DNA of 64,000 nt from Escherichia phage E26: the sequence record MN655998.1, one strand, 5' to 3'. Positions within the stretch are counted from its first letter, which is position 1, and each line of letters begins with the position of its first letter. A program made the translations under genes and the position numbers. Shown here in pieces: positions 26,494 through 34,485 of this stretch. Below the pieces are notes generated by a model, which did no database searches, had not been told where the DNA came from, and saw nothing but the letters and a program-made list of their open reading frames with translations.

Positions 26494-26816
26494 CTGCCAC
26501 CGTAAATTTCGACGATCTGCGCTGGAGTCAGCCCGTCTACATTAATCAGACTATCAAGCCCAAAACTACGGAAACCTTCAACTGCAATTTCATATACTGG
26601 CAAAGATGTTTCTGAGTCTTTACGCGGTTTTTCAACATTCGGAACTAACCACTTTTCGTATGTTTCGAAAGGCATCAGTGCCGGATCTCGCGTGGCGATC
26701 ATCTCACGGACAGTACCATCTTTCTTAGTAAACTGCAAAGAGTGAGTACCGACCGAAAACATTTTCTTTAGTGCTTCACGAAGTGCGATATTATCAACTT
26801 GTTCAGTCATTATCAA
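26490..26816 (-). CDS. hypothetical protein (108 aa)
   Basis: ORF track; overlaps cd stop. Confidence 0.45.
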   Translation of the reverse strand: MIMTEQVDNIALREALKKMFSVGTHSLQFTKKDGTVREMIATRDPALMPFETYEKWLVPNVEKPRKDSETSLPVYEIAVEGFRSFGLDSLINVDGLTPAQIVEIYGGS

Positions 26817-27309
26817 TACCCTTCAAATCAGTCAATAATGCTTTTGGAATACGCGTGATCGTAATATCTGCATTATTCAGAATATCAGCCCAATCACGCC
26901 CACCATTTCGATCATATGTGTCGCAATAGTATAGATGTTTAATTCCACTGTTTGCAATTGCTTTAGCGCAATCTGGACACGGTGAAGCAGTACACCACAT
27001 ACTAGCGCCTTCAATCGATACACCGCTACGGGCAGCAAACAAAATAGCATTTAATTCAGCGTGGATCTCGTTTTTCTGTGACCATGCACTATGCTCTGGT
27101 CGTTTTTCTGGGATCATTTTGCCGTCATCATCCAGCCAACCGTTTTTATGTGCATGACAGCTACAATTTACTTGCCCTGCTGGAGTTCCGTTAAATCCAG
27201 TAGAAATGATTCGCCCGTCTTTTTCGATCAGTGCGCCTACCTTCCACGAAACACATTTAGAGTTCTTTGCGATCAGATAGGCGATCTGCATGTAAGTTTG
27301 TGACAACAT
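26803..27309 (-). CDS. cd: dCMP deaminase
   Basis: HAELNAI and PCPDCAKAI zinc-binding motifs. Confidence 0.85.
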   Translation of the reverse strand: MLSQTYMQIAYLIAKNSKCVSWKVGALIEKDGRIISTGFNGTPAGQVNCSCHAHKNGWLDDDGKMIPEKRPEHSAWSQKNEIHAELNAILFAARSGVSIEGASMWCTASPCPDCAKAIANSGIKHLYYCDTYDRNGGRDWADILNNADITITRIPKALLTDLKGIDND

Positions 27310-27330
27310 AATATAATCCTCACATATTAA

Positions 27331-27534
27331 TTAACCGTATACGCGAAAGTATTCTACTGACCCGTCGCTATACTGTTTTACATTGAATGTATTCACACCA
27401 TGATTATTTCTCATGATGACATATACACTACGACGTTCATCGCTAAACGGCATAACTGGTGCGGGTTCAATATCAACATTAAAACCACGTTTAGCAAGTG
27501 CTTCGCCCAATTTCTTGATTTTATCGGTAAACAT
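27331..27534 (-). CDS. hypothetical protein (67 aa)
   Basis: ORF track; ATG overlaps pseT stop. Confidence 0.45.
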   Translation of the reverse strand: MFTDKIKKLGEALAKRGFNVDIEPAPVMPFSDERRSVYVIMRNNHGVNTFNVKQYSDGSVEYFRVYG

Positions 27535-28433
27535 TAAAAGTCTCCGTAGTTAACCTGAAAACATTCTACACCAATTGAGCGGTACATGTCAACCACTTGA
27601 TCACGATCATCTACTGCCAACACAACATGATAACGTGGTGCAATTTCAGAGAAGAAAATCTCTTTCTTCACTTCATGATCAGGACGACGATCATTAGTTT
27701 CACGTTGAAAGTGATCACTCGGTTCAATACCCTGTTCACGCAACCATTGCAGAGTATCTTCTTCGCAAACATCCTCACGCCCTGAGCATGTAATGATACG
27801 ATAACCATTATCACGATACAGTTTAAGCATTTCGATAACTTGCGGACGCGGTTTATCTTCTTTGACCTTTGTCCAGTCAAACGGATGACGACCGCCCTTA
27901 TCCGCTAATGTTCCATCAATATCAAAGATCACTGCCTTCGGCAGCATGGTATTCGGTTTGTATACTTCTTGACCCATATATTCCTGCATCAGATAAAATT
28001 GGTTACGCAAATGAGAAAGTGGAATTGCTTTCTCGCCTCGATAGAAATTACGTTTCTTTAGTGTCTCAAATGATTCATTGAACACTTGTTCAGTATACAC
28101 CGCGTTAAATTCTTTTGCAAGTTCTTTGTAGAATACACGATGTTTTTCTTTCAGGTTGGTATCGGAGATAATGATACTCAATCCGCGTGATAGAGTCTCG
28201 CGAGCAATCATTCTCTGAATAGACTCTACCAGCTTTTCCTTTTCCTTAGTATATTTGTATTTCAAAGGTGAGTCAACACCAAACAACATAAGACGAAGAT
28301 CATCACGATTCACATTACGATAATTACTAAACCGTTTACATGTTTCCATAGCCCATGTAGTTTTACCGGACCCAGAACAACCAACGGTTAAAATCACTTC
28401 ACATTTCGGCATTATTTCTCCTTCGGTTTGCAC
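27534..28433 (-). CDS. pseT: polynucleotide 5'-kinase/3'-phosphatase
   Basis: P-loop GCSGSGKTTW; phosphatase DxDGT motif VIFDIDGTLA; C-terminal IGVECFQVNYGDF as in T4 Pnk. Confidence 0.85.
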   Translation of the reverse strand: MQTEGEIMPKCEVILTVGCSGSGKTTWAMETCKRFSNYRNVNRDDLRLMLFGVDSPLKYKYTKEKEKLVESIQRMIARETLSRGLSIIISDTNLKEKHRVFYKELAKEFNAVYTEQVFNESFETLKKRNFYRGEKAIPLSHLRNQFYLMQEYMGQEVYKPNTMLPKAVIFDIDGTLADKGGRHPFDWTKVKEDKPRPQVIEMLKLYRDNGYRIITCSGREDVCEEDTLQWLREQGIEPSDHFQRETNDRRPDHEVKKEIFFSEIAPRYHVVLAVDDRDQVVDMYRSIGVECFQVNYGDF

Positions 28434-28864
28434 CGTTCCTCATTAAGTTCTTTGCGATAATAACACAGGATCAACTTACTTTCAAGTGTATATCTCTTAA
28501 TATCAGCCAACCAGACTCTAAATTTTTGGGAGTCCTCCCACGACATAGAAACTCTAGGTTTACCGTCTATTGTATCCACTTTCAGGTCAATGTCAACTTT
28601 TTCTATTGGTGCTGGTAGTGGAGGATGTAATTTCGGTTCCTGTGAATAATGGTCCATTGTACACGAAGAAAGAGCAAATACAATAGGCACAGCGAAGACA
28701 TGGATTATGGCGGTCTGAAAATTCTTATGTGCTTTCTTAAACATCCAGTGTATCACGAAAATTGAAAACACCATCAGGATAATAATGCTTGCACCTATCC
28801 ACAGATAATCAACCAGATTAAAATTGCTTATCTGCTCTTGTGTAGGCAATATTTCTATGCTCAT
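28412..28864 (-). CDS. putative o-spanin-like lipoprotein (internal signal peptide with LSSC lipobox)
   Basis: MFKKAHKNFQTAIIHVFAVPIVFALSSC lipoprotein signal; Pro-rich mature part; adjacent to pseT as T4 pseT.2/pseT.3 spanins; true start uncertain. Confidence 0.35.
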   Translation of the reverse strand: MSIEILPTQEQISNFNLVDYLWIGASIIILMVFSIFVIHWMFKKAHKNFQTAIIHVFAVPIVFALSSCTMDHYSQEPKLHPPLPAPIEKVDIDLKVDTIDGKPRVSMSWEDSQKFRVWLADIKRYTLESKLILCYYRKELNEERCKPKEK

Positions 28865-29184
28865 TTAGTAGCCTCCTTTAATTCTTCGGTAAACTCCTTA
28901 AATGAGTCATTAAGCTGTTTCTCTACCAACCTGGGTTTTTGTGCTACTACATAGCCTCGTGTAGCGTCTTTCATTGCTTTGTTTTGTTCTTCTGCAAACT
29001 TAGTTCTTATTCCGTACATCTCTTTTTGCAGCGAGTCTACGACCTTCATCTTTTCATCTGTCTTTTTCTTATACTCTGTAAATTCCTGATTCAGTCGATC
29101 TACCTCCTTTTTATTTTCCCACCACATATTGCCACCGACCCCCAGCAATACAGAGATGATAACAATGTATATCAGCTTTGACAT
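28861..29184 (-). CDS. putative i-spanin-like protein (N-terminal TM + coiled coil; start at MSKLIYIV)
   Basis: TM helix IYIVIISVLLGVGG then charged helical domain. Confidence 0.35.
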   Translation of the reverse strand: MSKLIYIVIISVLLGVGGNMWWENKKEVDRLNQEFTEYKKKTDEKMKVVDSLQKEMYGIRTKFAEEQNKAMKDATRGYVVAQKPRLVEKQLNDSFKEFTEELKEATK

Positions 29185-29228
29185 ATTACCCCCAACGACA
29201 AAAGGCGGGGAACTAGCCCCGCTTATTA

Positions 29229-30398
29229 TTACCAATCAATCTTATCAGCCGGAATCAGTTTCTTATAATTCCGTAGATAGTAAGTTTTCATTGAATCCAG
29301 AATACGGTCATAATCAAGACCATCAAATGCAATCATCAGACACATGAAAATATATGCTTGTGCATCACCATGTTTACGCGATTCGATAGTCGCATTGGAT
29401 GCATATGTCTTTCTATCTTCTCCCGCGTGTGCGTTATAAAACTCTGTTGCTGTCGTAAAGGCATTGCGAAGAATAGACCTGAATGCTTCCTCGAATAGCT
29501 CGATTCGTTCCAGTGCTTCCGGTTCGCCTTCATATGCAGCACGCAAATCATCGGTTTCGCTTTCTACGACATAGTAGATCAGGTTATTAGGAAACATCGA
29601 TGTGTTTTTAATGTTATGCACACCAATATACCATTCACTCTTCACTTTGAACATTTGACCGTCTTTAGTGCGTGCAACAATTCCTTCGATGCCTTCTGCG
29701 ATCCGAACTTCATCAAGAATATTGCTAAAACGCGCTGAATCAACCTGTAACGCATTTACCAGATGAGGACGTAGGATTGCGTCCGCAAATAGCATTTGAT
29801 GCGGTACGTACTCTCCTGTGACGTTATGGCGTACATTCAGAAGTGTTAGCGACGGTTCAGAATATTCTACAACAATTCGGTTGCTGGGCGCTGTATATTC
29901 AAAGTTGAAAGTATAATCAGACCCAATATCAGCAATCTTAGCGCGTAGATCCGCATACTTCTCTGAATACAGAAGACCGTTTGCTCTCTCTGCCTGGCTT
30001 GAGTACAAGGCCGCTTTAGACTTCAACTGAACATAGCCGTTATCAATGTATGTGCTTACTAGACTACCGTCCATTTTGTCCATGACCATTTCCACATCTT
30101 CCGGCTTAAAGCGAGCGCGATCATTCTCACCCAAATTAAAAAACTTCTCCATAGGACGAGATGCGATGCGGACCGGACGACCTTTATCGTCAATTTCAAA
30201 CATGATCCCGCGACACTCTAACGCATCTGGTTTATTCCACATTTCAGGTTTGCTCAAGTACATATAGCTAAAAATGCGCATACGGGTTTGCATCGCCGTA
30301 ATTTCATCTTTGTAATAGAACGTATCAGATCCGTCACACAGTGCCATAAGATTTTTGAACAATGCTAAAACTTTTTTGTTGTTTTCTTTTGTTGACAT
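29229..30398 (-). CDS. rnlA: RNA ligase 1
   Basis: 389 aa; YxIFSY, ECRGIMFE, VRIASRPMEKFFNL, KEDGSLVSTY (ligase KxDG) and EGIV motifs as in T4 Rnl1. Confidence 0.8.
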   Translation of the reverse strand: MSTKENNKKVLALFKNLMALCDGSDTFYYKDEITAMQTRMRIFSYMYLSKPEMWNKPDALECRGIMFEIDDKGRPVRIASRPMEKFFNLGENDRARFKPEDVEMVMDKMDGSLVSTYIDNGYVQLKSKAALYSSQAERANGLLYSEKYADLRAKIADIGSDYTFNFEYTAPSNRIVVEYSEPSLTLLNVRHNVTGEYVPHQMLFADAILRPHLVNALQVDSARFSNILDEVRIAEGIEGIVARTKDGQMFKVKSEWYIGVHNIKNTSMFPNNLIYYVVESETDDLRAAYEGEPEALERIELFEEAFRSILRNAFTTATEFYNAHAGEDRKTYASNATIESRKHGDAQAYIFMCLMIAFDGLDYDRILDSMKTYYLRNYKKLIPADKIDW

Positions 30399-30795
30399 AA
30401 TTTGTGTTCCATTCTGGTTTAAATTTGGTGATCAAAACAGGTTCTTCGATATCGGCAGTGCTTATAATATCCTTACCCGTTGGATTCTCGATGTACAACT
30501 CAAAGCACTGGCGGTAATAGAATGTTACTGTCTTACCTTCCTCTAGCGCCTTATGAATATTCTTACTCTTGCGAGTATCCGCTGTTGGTGTTTGTCTGTT
30601 AATGCTAGTCCGGTAATAATTGATCCGCTTTCTGAGATTGACAGTCTGACCAATATATACCAGTTCATCATCAACCGCAATAGCGTAAAGAACATTTAAA
30701 CGGTTCTTCTGAGGCGGCAGAATCACATCACCATCTTTACACTCTAAACATGAATATTTAACGAATCCATAGTTTTCTATTAGCTCATTAATCAT
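30334..30795 (-). CDS. denA: endonuclease II (GIY-YIG)
   Basis: VLYAIAVDDELVYIGQTVNLRKRINYYRT near-identical to T4 EndoII core. Confidence 0.8.
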   Translation of the reverse strand: MINELIENYGFVKYSCLECKDGDVILPPQKNRLNVLYAIAVDDELVYIGQTVNLRKRINYYRTSINRQTPTADTRKSKNIHKALEEGKTVTFYYRQCFELYIENPTGKDIISTADIEEPVLITKFKPEWNTNYVNKRKQQKSFSIVQKSYGTV

Positions 30796-30845
30796 TATCC
30801 TTTCCTCACGTCACAACAAAGGCGGGATTTCTCCCGCCCACCTTA

Positions 30846-31244
30846 TTAACTTTCCAGAATATCGCGAGCTTCGTTACGCTCCTTGATGATTTTCAGGACA
30901 AATTCCAGTTTTTCTTTGTTCAGCGTTCCATTTTCCATTGCTTCTTTGACGGTAAACACTCCGCCACCTTGCCCGTATACAGTGACAGTGATTTCACCTA
31001 ACATCGTGGTATGAAAACCGCCAATTTTCGGTGATTCGAAAGAAACAATTACCTCGCGGACAGTATTACCGTCGTTGATTTCTGAGAGGGTAATGTCGTT
31101 TTTGTAGGCGGTTGCTTTAACCATACGGATCAGCATAGTCTGATCTGGGGAGATGGTCATTTTGTCCATTGCATGTTGCAATGCAGCGTAACCGAAAACT
31201 TTAACGAAGTCCAGAACGTCTTTGCGAGTTTGAAATTTAATCAT
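30846..31244 (-). CDS. hypothetical protein (132 aa)
   Basis: ORF track; RBS AAGGAG. Confidence 0.45.
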   Translation of the reverse strand: MIKFQTRKDVLDFVKVFGYAALQHAMDKMTISPDQTMLIRMVKATAYKNDITLSEINDGNTVREVIVSFESPKIGGFHTTMLGEITVTVYGQGGGVFTVKEAMENGTLNKEKLEFVLKIIKERNEARDILES

Positions 31245-31270
31245 CTTGATACTCCTTAGTTGTTTTGGTA

Positions 31271-31306
31271 TGGGAGTATCTTACTACTCCCGTGATATGC
31301 TGTCAA
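31271..31306 (-). promoter_or_regulatory. PeSL early promoter (TTGACA, stem GGGAGTA/TACTCCC)
   Basis: As 20679 element. Confidence 0.5.
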
Positions 31307-31314
31307 CTGCTTTT

Positions 31315-31464
31315 TTATGCAACCGCAAACATCAACATTTGAACATTCTTGGCTGTCTGGCTTTCAAAGTTCTGACATTCTTTGATAATGTCCTCTACTT
31401 TCTCGCCGGAGATCTCCGCGTAAGTTTCGATTGCCATTTTCAGTACCGCGTCAAAGTTGTTCAT
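31315..31464 (-). CDS. hypothetical small protein (49 aa)
   Basis: Hand-translated MNNFDAVLKMAIETYAEISGEK...; RBS AAGGAGAAT. Confidence 0.35.
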   Translation of the reverse strand: MNNFDAVLKMAIETYAEISGEKVEDIIKECQNFESQTAKNVQMLMFAVA

Positions 31465-31500
31465 TTGATTCTCCTTAAAGTGTATTTCGTTTCGATGGGG

Positions 31501-31531
31501 GTATATTACTACCCCCGTTATTCAGTGTCAA
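31501..31531 (-). promoter_or_regulatory. PeSL early promoter (TTGACA, stem GGGGGTA/TACCCCC)
   Basis: Hexamer plus palindrome. Confidence 0.5.
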
Positions 31532-31750
31532 CTACTTTTTAATGACAAGTTCGAATTTTGCTACCTTGCGTCCTCGTTTATTGAAAGCAACCCACGGACG
31601 GTTTTCAATGTAGAACAATTCTTCGCCAATAATGAATACTGGCTGATTGTAAAGGCGACCCATCAGGTCACGCTGGCGAATGGTAGTAGATTCGTATACT
31701 TCTCCTACTACAAAGTGCTTGCTGATAGAGTCGGTGCAAGTAAATTTCAT
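31532..31750 (-). CDS. hypothetical protein (72 aa; start at MKFTCTD)
   Basis: ORF-track entry starts at TTG that is the -35 TTGACA of the upstream promoter; ATG with RBS AAGGAGAAT is the likely start. Confidence 0.45.
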   Translation of the reverse strand: MKFTCTDSISKHFVVGEVYESTTIRQRDLMGRLYNQPVFIIGEELFYIENRPWVAFNKRGRKVAKFELVIKK

Positions 31751-31780
31751 TTTGATTCTCCTTTGTTTTCTTGATGGGAG

Positions 31781-31810
31781 TATTATGCAATACCCCCTAA
31801 TGTGTGTCAA
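31781..31810 (-). promoter_or_regulatory. PeSL early promoter (TTGACA ... CATAAT)
   Basis: Hexamers with partial palindrome. Confidence 0.5.
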
Positions 31811-31974
31811 CTGCCTTTTTGAAAGTTTTCTGCTTTTCTTAGGTGAAATTTCGAGGAATAAAATTTAAAGTCTTCCTCTTTCACGATACTAATTGACGTT
31901 GCAAGGTTTTCGTCCCAATGGTTGATGATATAGAGATTTCCTTCCGCTCTAAAATACCAACGTTGTGCTTTCAT
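31807..31974 (-). CDS. hypothetical small protein (55 aa)
   Basis: Hand-translated MKAQRWYFRAEGNLYIINHWDE...; RBS AAGAGGTGA. Confidence 0.4.
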   Translation of the reverse strand: MKAQRWYFRAEGNLYIINHWDENLATSISIVKEEDFKFYSSKFHLRKAENFQKGS

Positions 31975-31983
31975 GTTCACCTC

Positions 31984-32151
31984 TTAGCTAAACCAGATTT
32001 TACCATCGTTAGATACTTCGCAGATCAGGCGATTGCGCCATGTGCAGAAGTAAACACGTCCGAATTTACCTTCACCTGCATCGTGCTCGAAAGTAACGCC
32101 TTTGTTTTTCTTAGCCATGTTGCAAGCCTGACGATAAGTTAAAGTTTTCAT
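31984..32151 (-). CDS. hypothetical small protein (55 aa)
   Basis: Hand-translated MKTLTYRQACNMAKKNKGVTFEHD...; RBS AAGGAGAAT. Confidence 0.4.
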   Translation of the reverse strand: MKTLTYRQACNMAKKNKGVTFEHDAGEGKFGRVYFCTWRNRLICEVSNDGKIWFS

Positions 32152-32180
32152 TTGATTCTCCTTAAAGTGTGTTTCGATGG

Positions 32181-32213
32181 GTGCATTATGCTATACCCCG
32201 ATCCGATTGTCAA
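32181..32213 (-). promoter_or_regulatory. PeSL early promoter (TTGACA ... CATAAT)
   Basis: Hexamers ~17 nt apart. Confidence 0.5.
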
Positions 32214-32260
32214 CACCCAATAACAAAAAAGTCGCCACTATGGGCGACTTTGAACAAACA

Positions 32261-32737
32261 TTAATCATGACCGTGATTTGCAATATCCGCGCGTGTCTTA
32301 TCTTTGTGGTTCCCTACATCAAAGACACGATAGCCGTTTTCTCTGAGAACTTTAATCACTTCTGGGTTATCCTCAAAGACTCCCACTACTTCATCTTTAT
32401 CAAAGGATTTAATTACCTCTAATTTGATGTGATAGTCTTTACGGGAATCGGTACGGCCTCTCATAAAGATTTTATCAAAACACACCCCGTTAGAAATTAA
32501 CCAATCAATTGTTTCCATGTAAGCATGTGAACTTCGTCCGGTGAGGATGTAAATCAAATGCCCGTTGTCGGAAAGAGCATTAATAACACGAATTACATCG
32601 TAAATGGGGGAATCTCCCCCACATGCCTTGTTATATTCGATCCATGACTCTACTTTATCAAGATTTTCGGTTGGCATCTTTGCTAGTCGATGTGTTGGAT
32701 CTGTGATCGTAAAATCTAAATCAACAAAATATATCAT
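32261..32737 (-). CDS. HAD-superfamily phosphatase / nucleotidase-like protein
   Basis: N-terminal DLDFTIT (HAD motif I DxDxT), 158 aa; sits next to nrdB. Confidence 0.5.
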   Translation of the reverse strand: MIYFVDLDFTITDPTHRLAKMPTENLDKVESWIEYNKACGGDSPIYDVIRVINALSDNGHLIYILTGRSSHAYMETIDWLISNGVCFDKIFMRGRTDSRKDYHIKLEVIKSFDKDEVVGVFEDNPEVIKVLRENGYRVFDVGNHKDKTRADIANHGHD

Positions 32738-33894
32738 AGATATTTCCCGAATCGGTTGTAGTCATCGTCTGTTAAATCGGTATTAACCTGAGATACCAGA
32801 TACATGATCTCTACTTCTTGCGCCGCGTTTTGAACTTCGTCAGAGTTCAACCATTTACGCATCCACGGTAAAGGATGACGACGAACACTAAACGGGCTTT
32901 TCAGTCCGGCAGCACGCATACGGGAATCTGCCAGGTATTCTACATAGGTTTTCAGAATTTCCGGTGACAGGTTAGGAATTGCCCCCATTGCGAATAGGTG
33001 GTCTACCCATTCTTTTTCTTGCTCGACAACATCCAGAAAGATTTTCGTTGCTTCGCCTTCAAGTTCTTCCGCAATCTGTTTCCACTCATCACCATCAACC
33101 CCCGTTTGCCATTGACGAATAATGTATTGTGTGCCTTTTAAGTGAAGTTGTTCATCACGCGCAATAAATTTCATGATCTTCGCGTTACCTTCCAGTAAAC
33201 CACGTTCGGCAAAGCTGAAAGTACATGCAAAGGACACATAAAAACGAATTGCTTCCAAAGCATTAACGCAGTGTGCACACAGATAAATCGAAGCCATCAG
33301 ATCTCGTTTTGTATCTTCAAAAAATCTTCTTGCATCATCTAATGCTGCCTGGTCGTCTCGTTCTTCCCAATAGCGGAGATCTTCTTTTGCATTCTCATAC
33401 TTACGAATCCAATAAAGAACATCATCATAATATTTCCCGATAGATTCCGCTCGCTTCATGATAGCAGGGTTATCGATGATCTGGTCGAACTCACTAGCCG
33501 GATCAATAAAACAGTTACGCATAATGTGAGTATAACTGCGGCTATGAATCGTTTCGCTGAATGTCCATGTTTGTAACCATGTATCGAGAGTTGGATCAGA
33601 TACAATTGGACCAAATGCTGCGGACGGTGCGCGACCTTGAATAGAATCAAGTAATGTCTGATACTTCAAGTTTTCGGTAAAGAAACGCTTTTCAACGTCA
33701 CCCATATTAAGATATTGAATGCGGTCGGTTGCAAGTGAAATCTCTTCTGGACGCCAGAAAAATGACAATTGCTTTTCGATTAGTTCTTCAAATACTTGAT
33801 GACGCTGAATATCATAGCGAGCGATACCCAACCCACTACCCAGAAACATCGGTTCGTTCATAATATCAACATGTTCGCGGTTAAATACGCTCAT
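32734..33894 (-). CDS. nrdB: ribonucleotide reductase small (beta) subunit
   Basis: 386 aa; ferritin-like di-iron motifs (ExxH), C-terminal acidic tail. Confidence 0.9.
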   Translation of the reverse strand: MSVFNREHVDIMNEPMFLGSGLGIARYDIQRHQVFEELIEKQLSFFWRPEEISLATDRIQYLNMGDVEKRFFTENLKYQTLLDSIQGRAPSAAFGPIVSDPTLDTWLQTWTFSETIHSRSYTHIMRNCFIDPASEFDQIIDNPAIMKRAESIGKYYDDVLYWIRKYENAKEDLRYWEERDDQAALDDARRFFEDTKRDLMASIYLCAHCVNALEAIRFYVSFACTFSFAERGLLEGNAKIMKFIARDEQLHLKGTQYIIRQWQTGVDGDEWKQIAEELEGEATKIFLDVVEQEKEWVDHLFAMGAIPNLSPEILKTYVEYLADSRMRAAGLKSPFSVRRHPLPWMRKWLNSDEVQNAAQEVEIMYLVSQVNTDLTDDDYNRFGKYL

Positions 33895-33909
33895 TAATTC
33901 ACCTCACTA

Positions 33910-34077
33910 TCACTTTTTAACACAAAAGAACTTAGTATTTCTGTTTATTTCGCTATCCTGTTGTAGTTCCCGCAAAGCCTCAAAACAACTTTGATGAGAT
34001 GTAAACTCTACACCAGTGACCGTGCCTTTATTATACACACCAACACTAACGGAAAGCAATAACCATATTGTAGCCAT
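33910..34077 (-). CDS. small hydrophobic-N-terminus peptide, tandem paralog a (55 aa)
   Basis: MATIWLLLSVSVGVYNKG...FFCVKK; TAATG overlap with paralog b. Confidence 0.4.
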   Translation of the reverse strand: MATIWLLLSVSVGVYNKGTVTGVEFTSHQSCFEALRELQQDSEINRNTKFFCVKK

Positions 34078-34250
34078 TAGTTCACCTTCTGCTTTTCAAC
34101 ACAGTACAGATTCATAAAGCGTTTATTGTCTTCGCGGATAATCTCGCGAGCTTTAACGCAATCCTGCTTTGTGGAAAATTCAATGCTTGACATATTTCCG
34201 TAATTATACATTGAATTGCTTATTGCAATCAATAACCATACAGTAGCCAT
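34077..34250 (-). CDS. small hydrophobic-N-terminus peptide, tandem paralog b (57 aa)
   Basis: MATVWLLIAISNSMYNYG...LYCVEK; paralog of previous. Confidence 0.4.
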   Translation of the reverse strand: MATVWLLIAISNSMYNYGNMSSIEFSTKQDCVKAREIIREDNKRFMNLYCVEKQKVN

Positions 34251-34417
34251 TATCCGACAACCTCAAAACATTTATCATCAGGAAGAATAGCCCATTCTAC
34301 GCCGTATTCATCCTTAACGTAGTAGCAAGTCCCATCATGTCGAGCATCATATTCATCACCGACAACAAAGCTATCAGCTAGCTCAAAATCTACCGCAACA
34401 CATTTTAATTTTGCCAT
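34250..34417 (-). CDS. hypothetical protein (55 aa; start at MAKLKCV)
   Basis: ORF-track N-terminus reads through the promoter; internal ATG is the likely start. Confidence 0.4.
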   Translation of the reverse strand: MAKLKCVAVDFELADSFVVGDEYDARHDGTCYYVKDEYGVEWAILPDDKCFEVVG

Positions 34418-34448
34418 AATAAAATCCTCATTTGTTTTTGATGGTTGA

Positions 34449-34477
34449 ATTATAGCGGGGATTTCTCCCCGCGTCAA
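34449..34477 (-). promoter_or_regulatory. PeSL early promoter (TTGACG - CGGGGAGAAATCCCCGC - TATAAT)
   Basis: Hexamers plus palindrome, immediately downstream of nrdA. Confidence 0.55.
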
Positions 34478-34485
34478 CACTTATT

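Noticed and set aside
31532-31810. ORF-track N-terminal extensions (here MTHIRGYCIILPSRKQRRIK; likewise at 34250..34480, 58132..58347, 58898..59203)
   Set aside because: The listed start is a TTG that coincides with the -35 TTGACA hexamer of the upstream promoter; an internal ATG with a strong RBS is the plausible start
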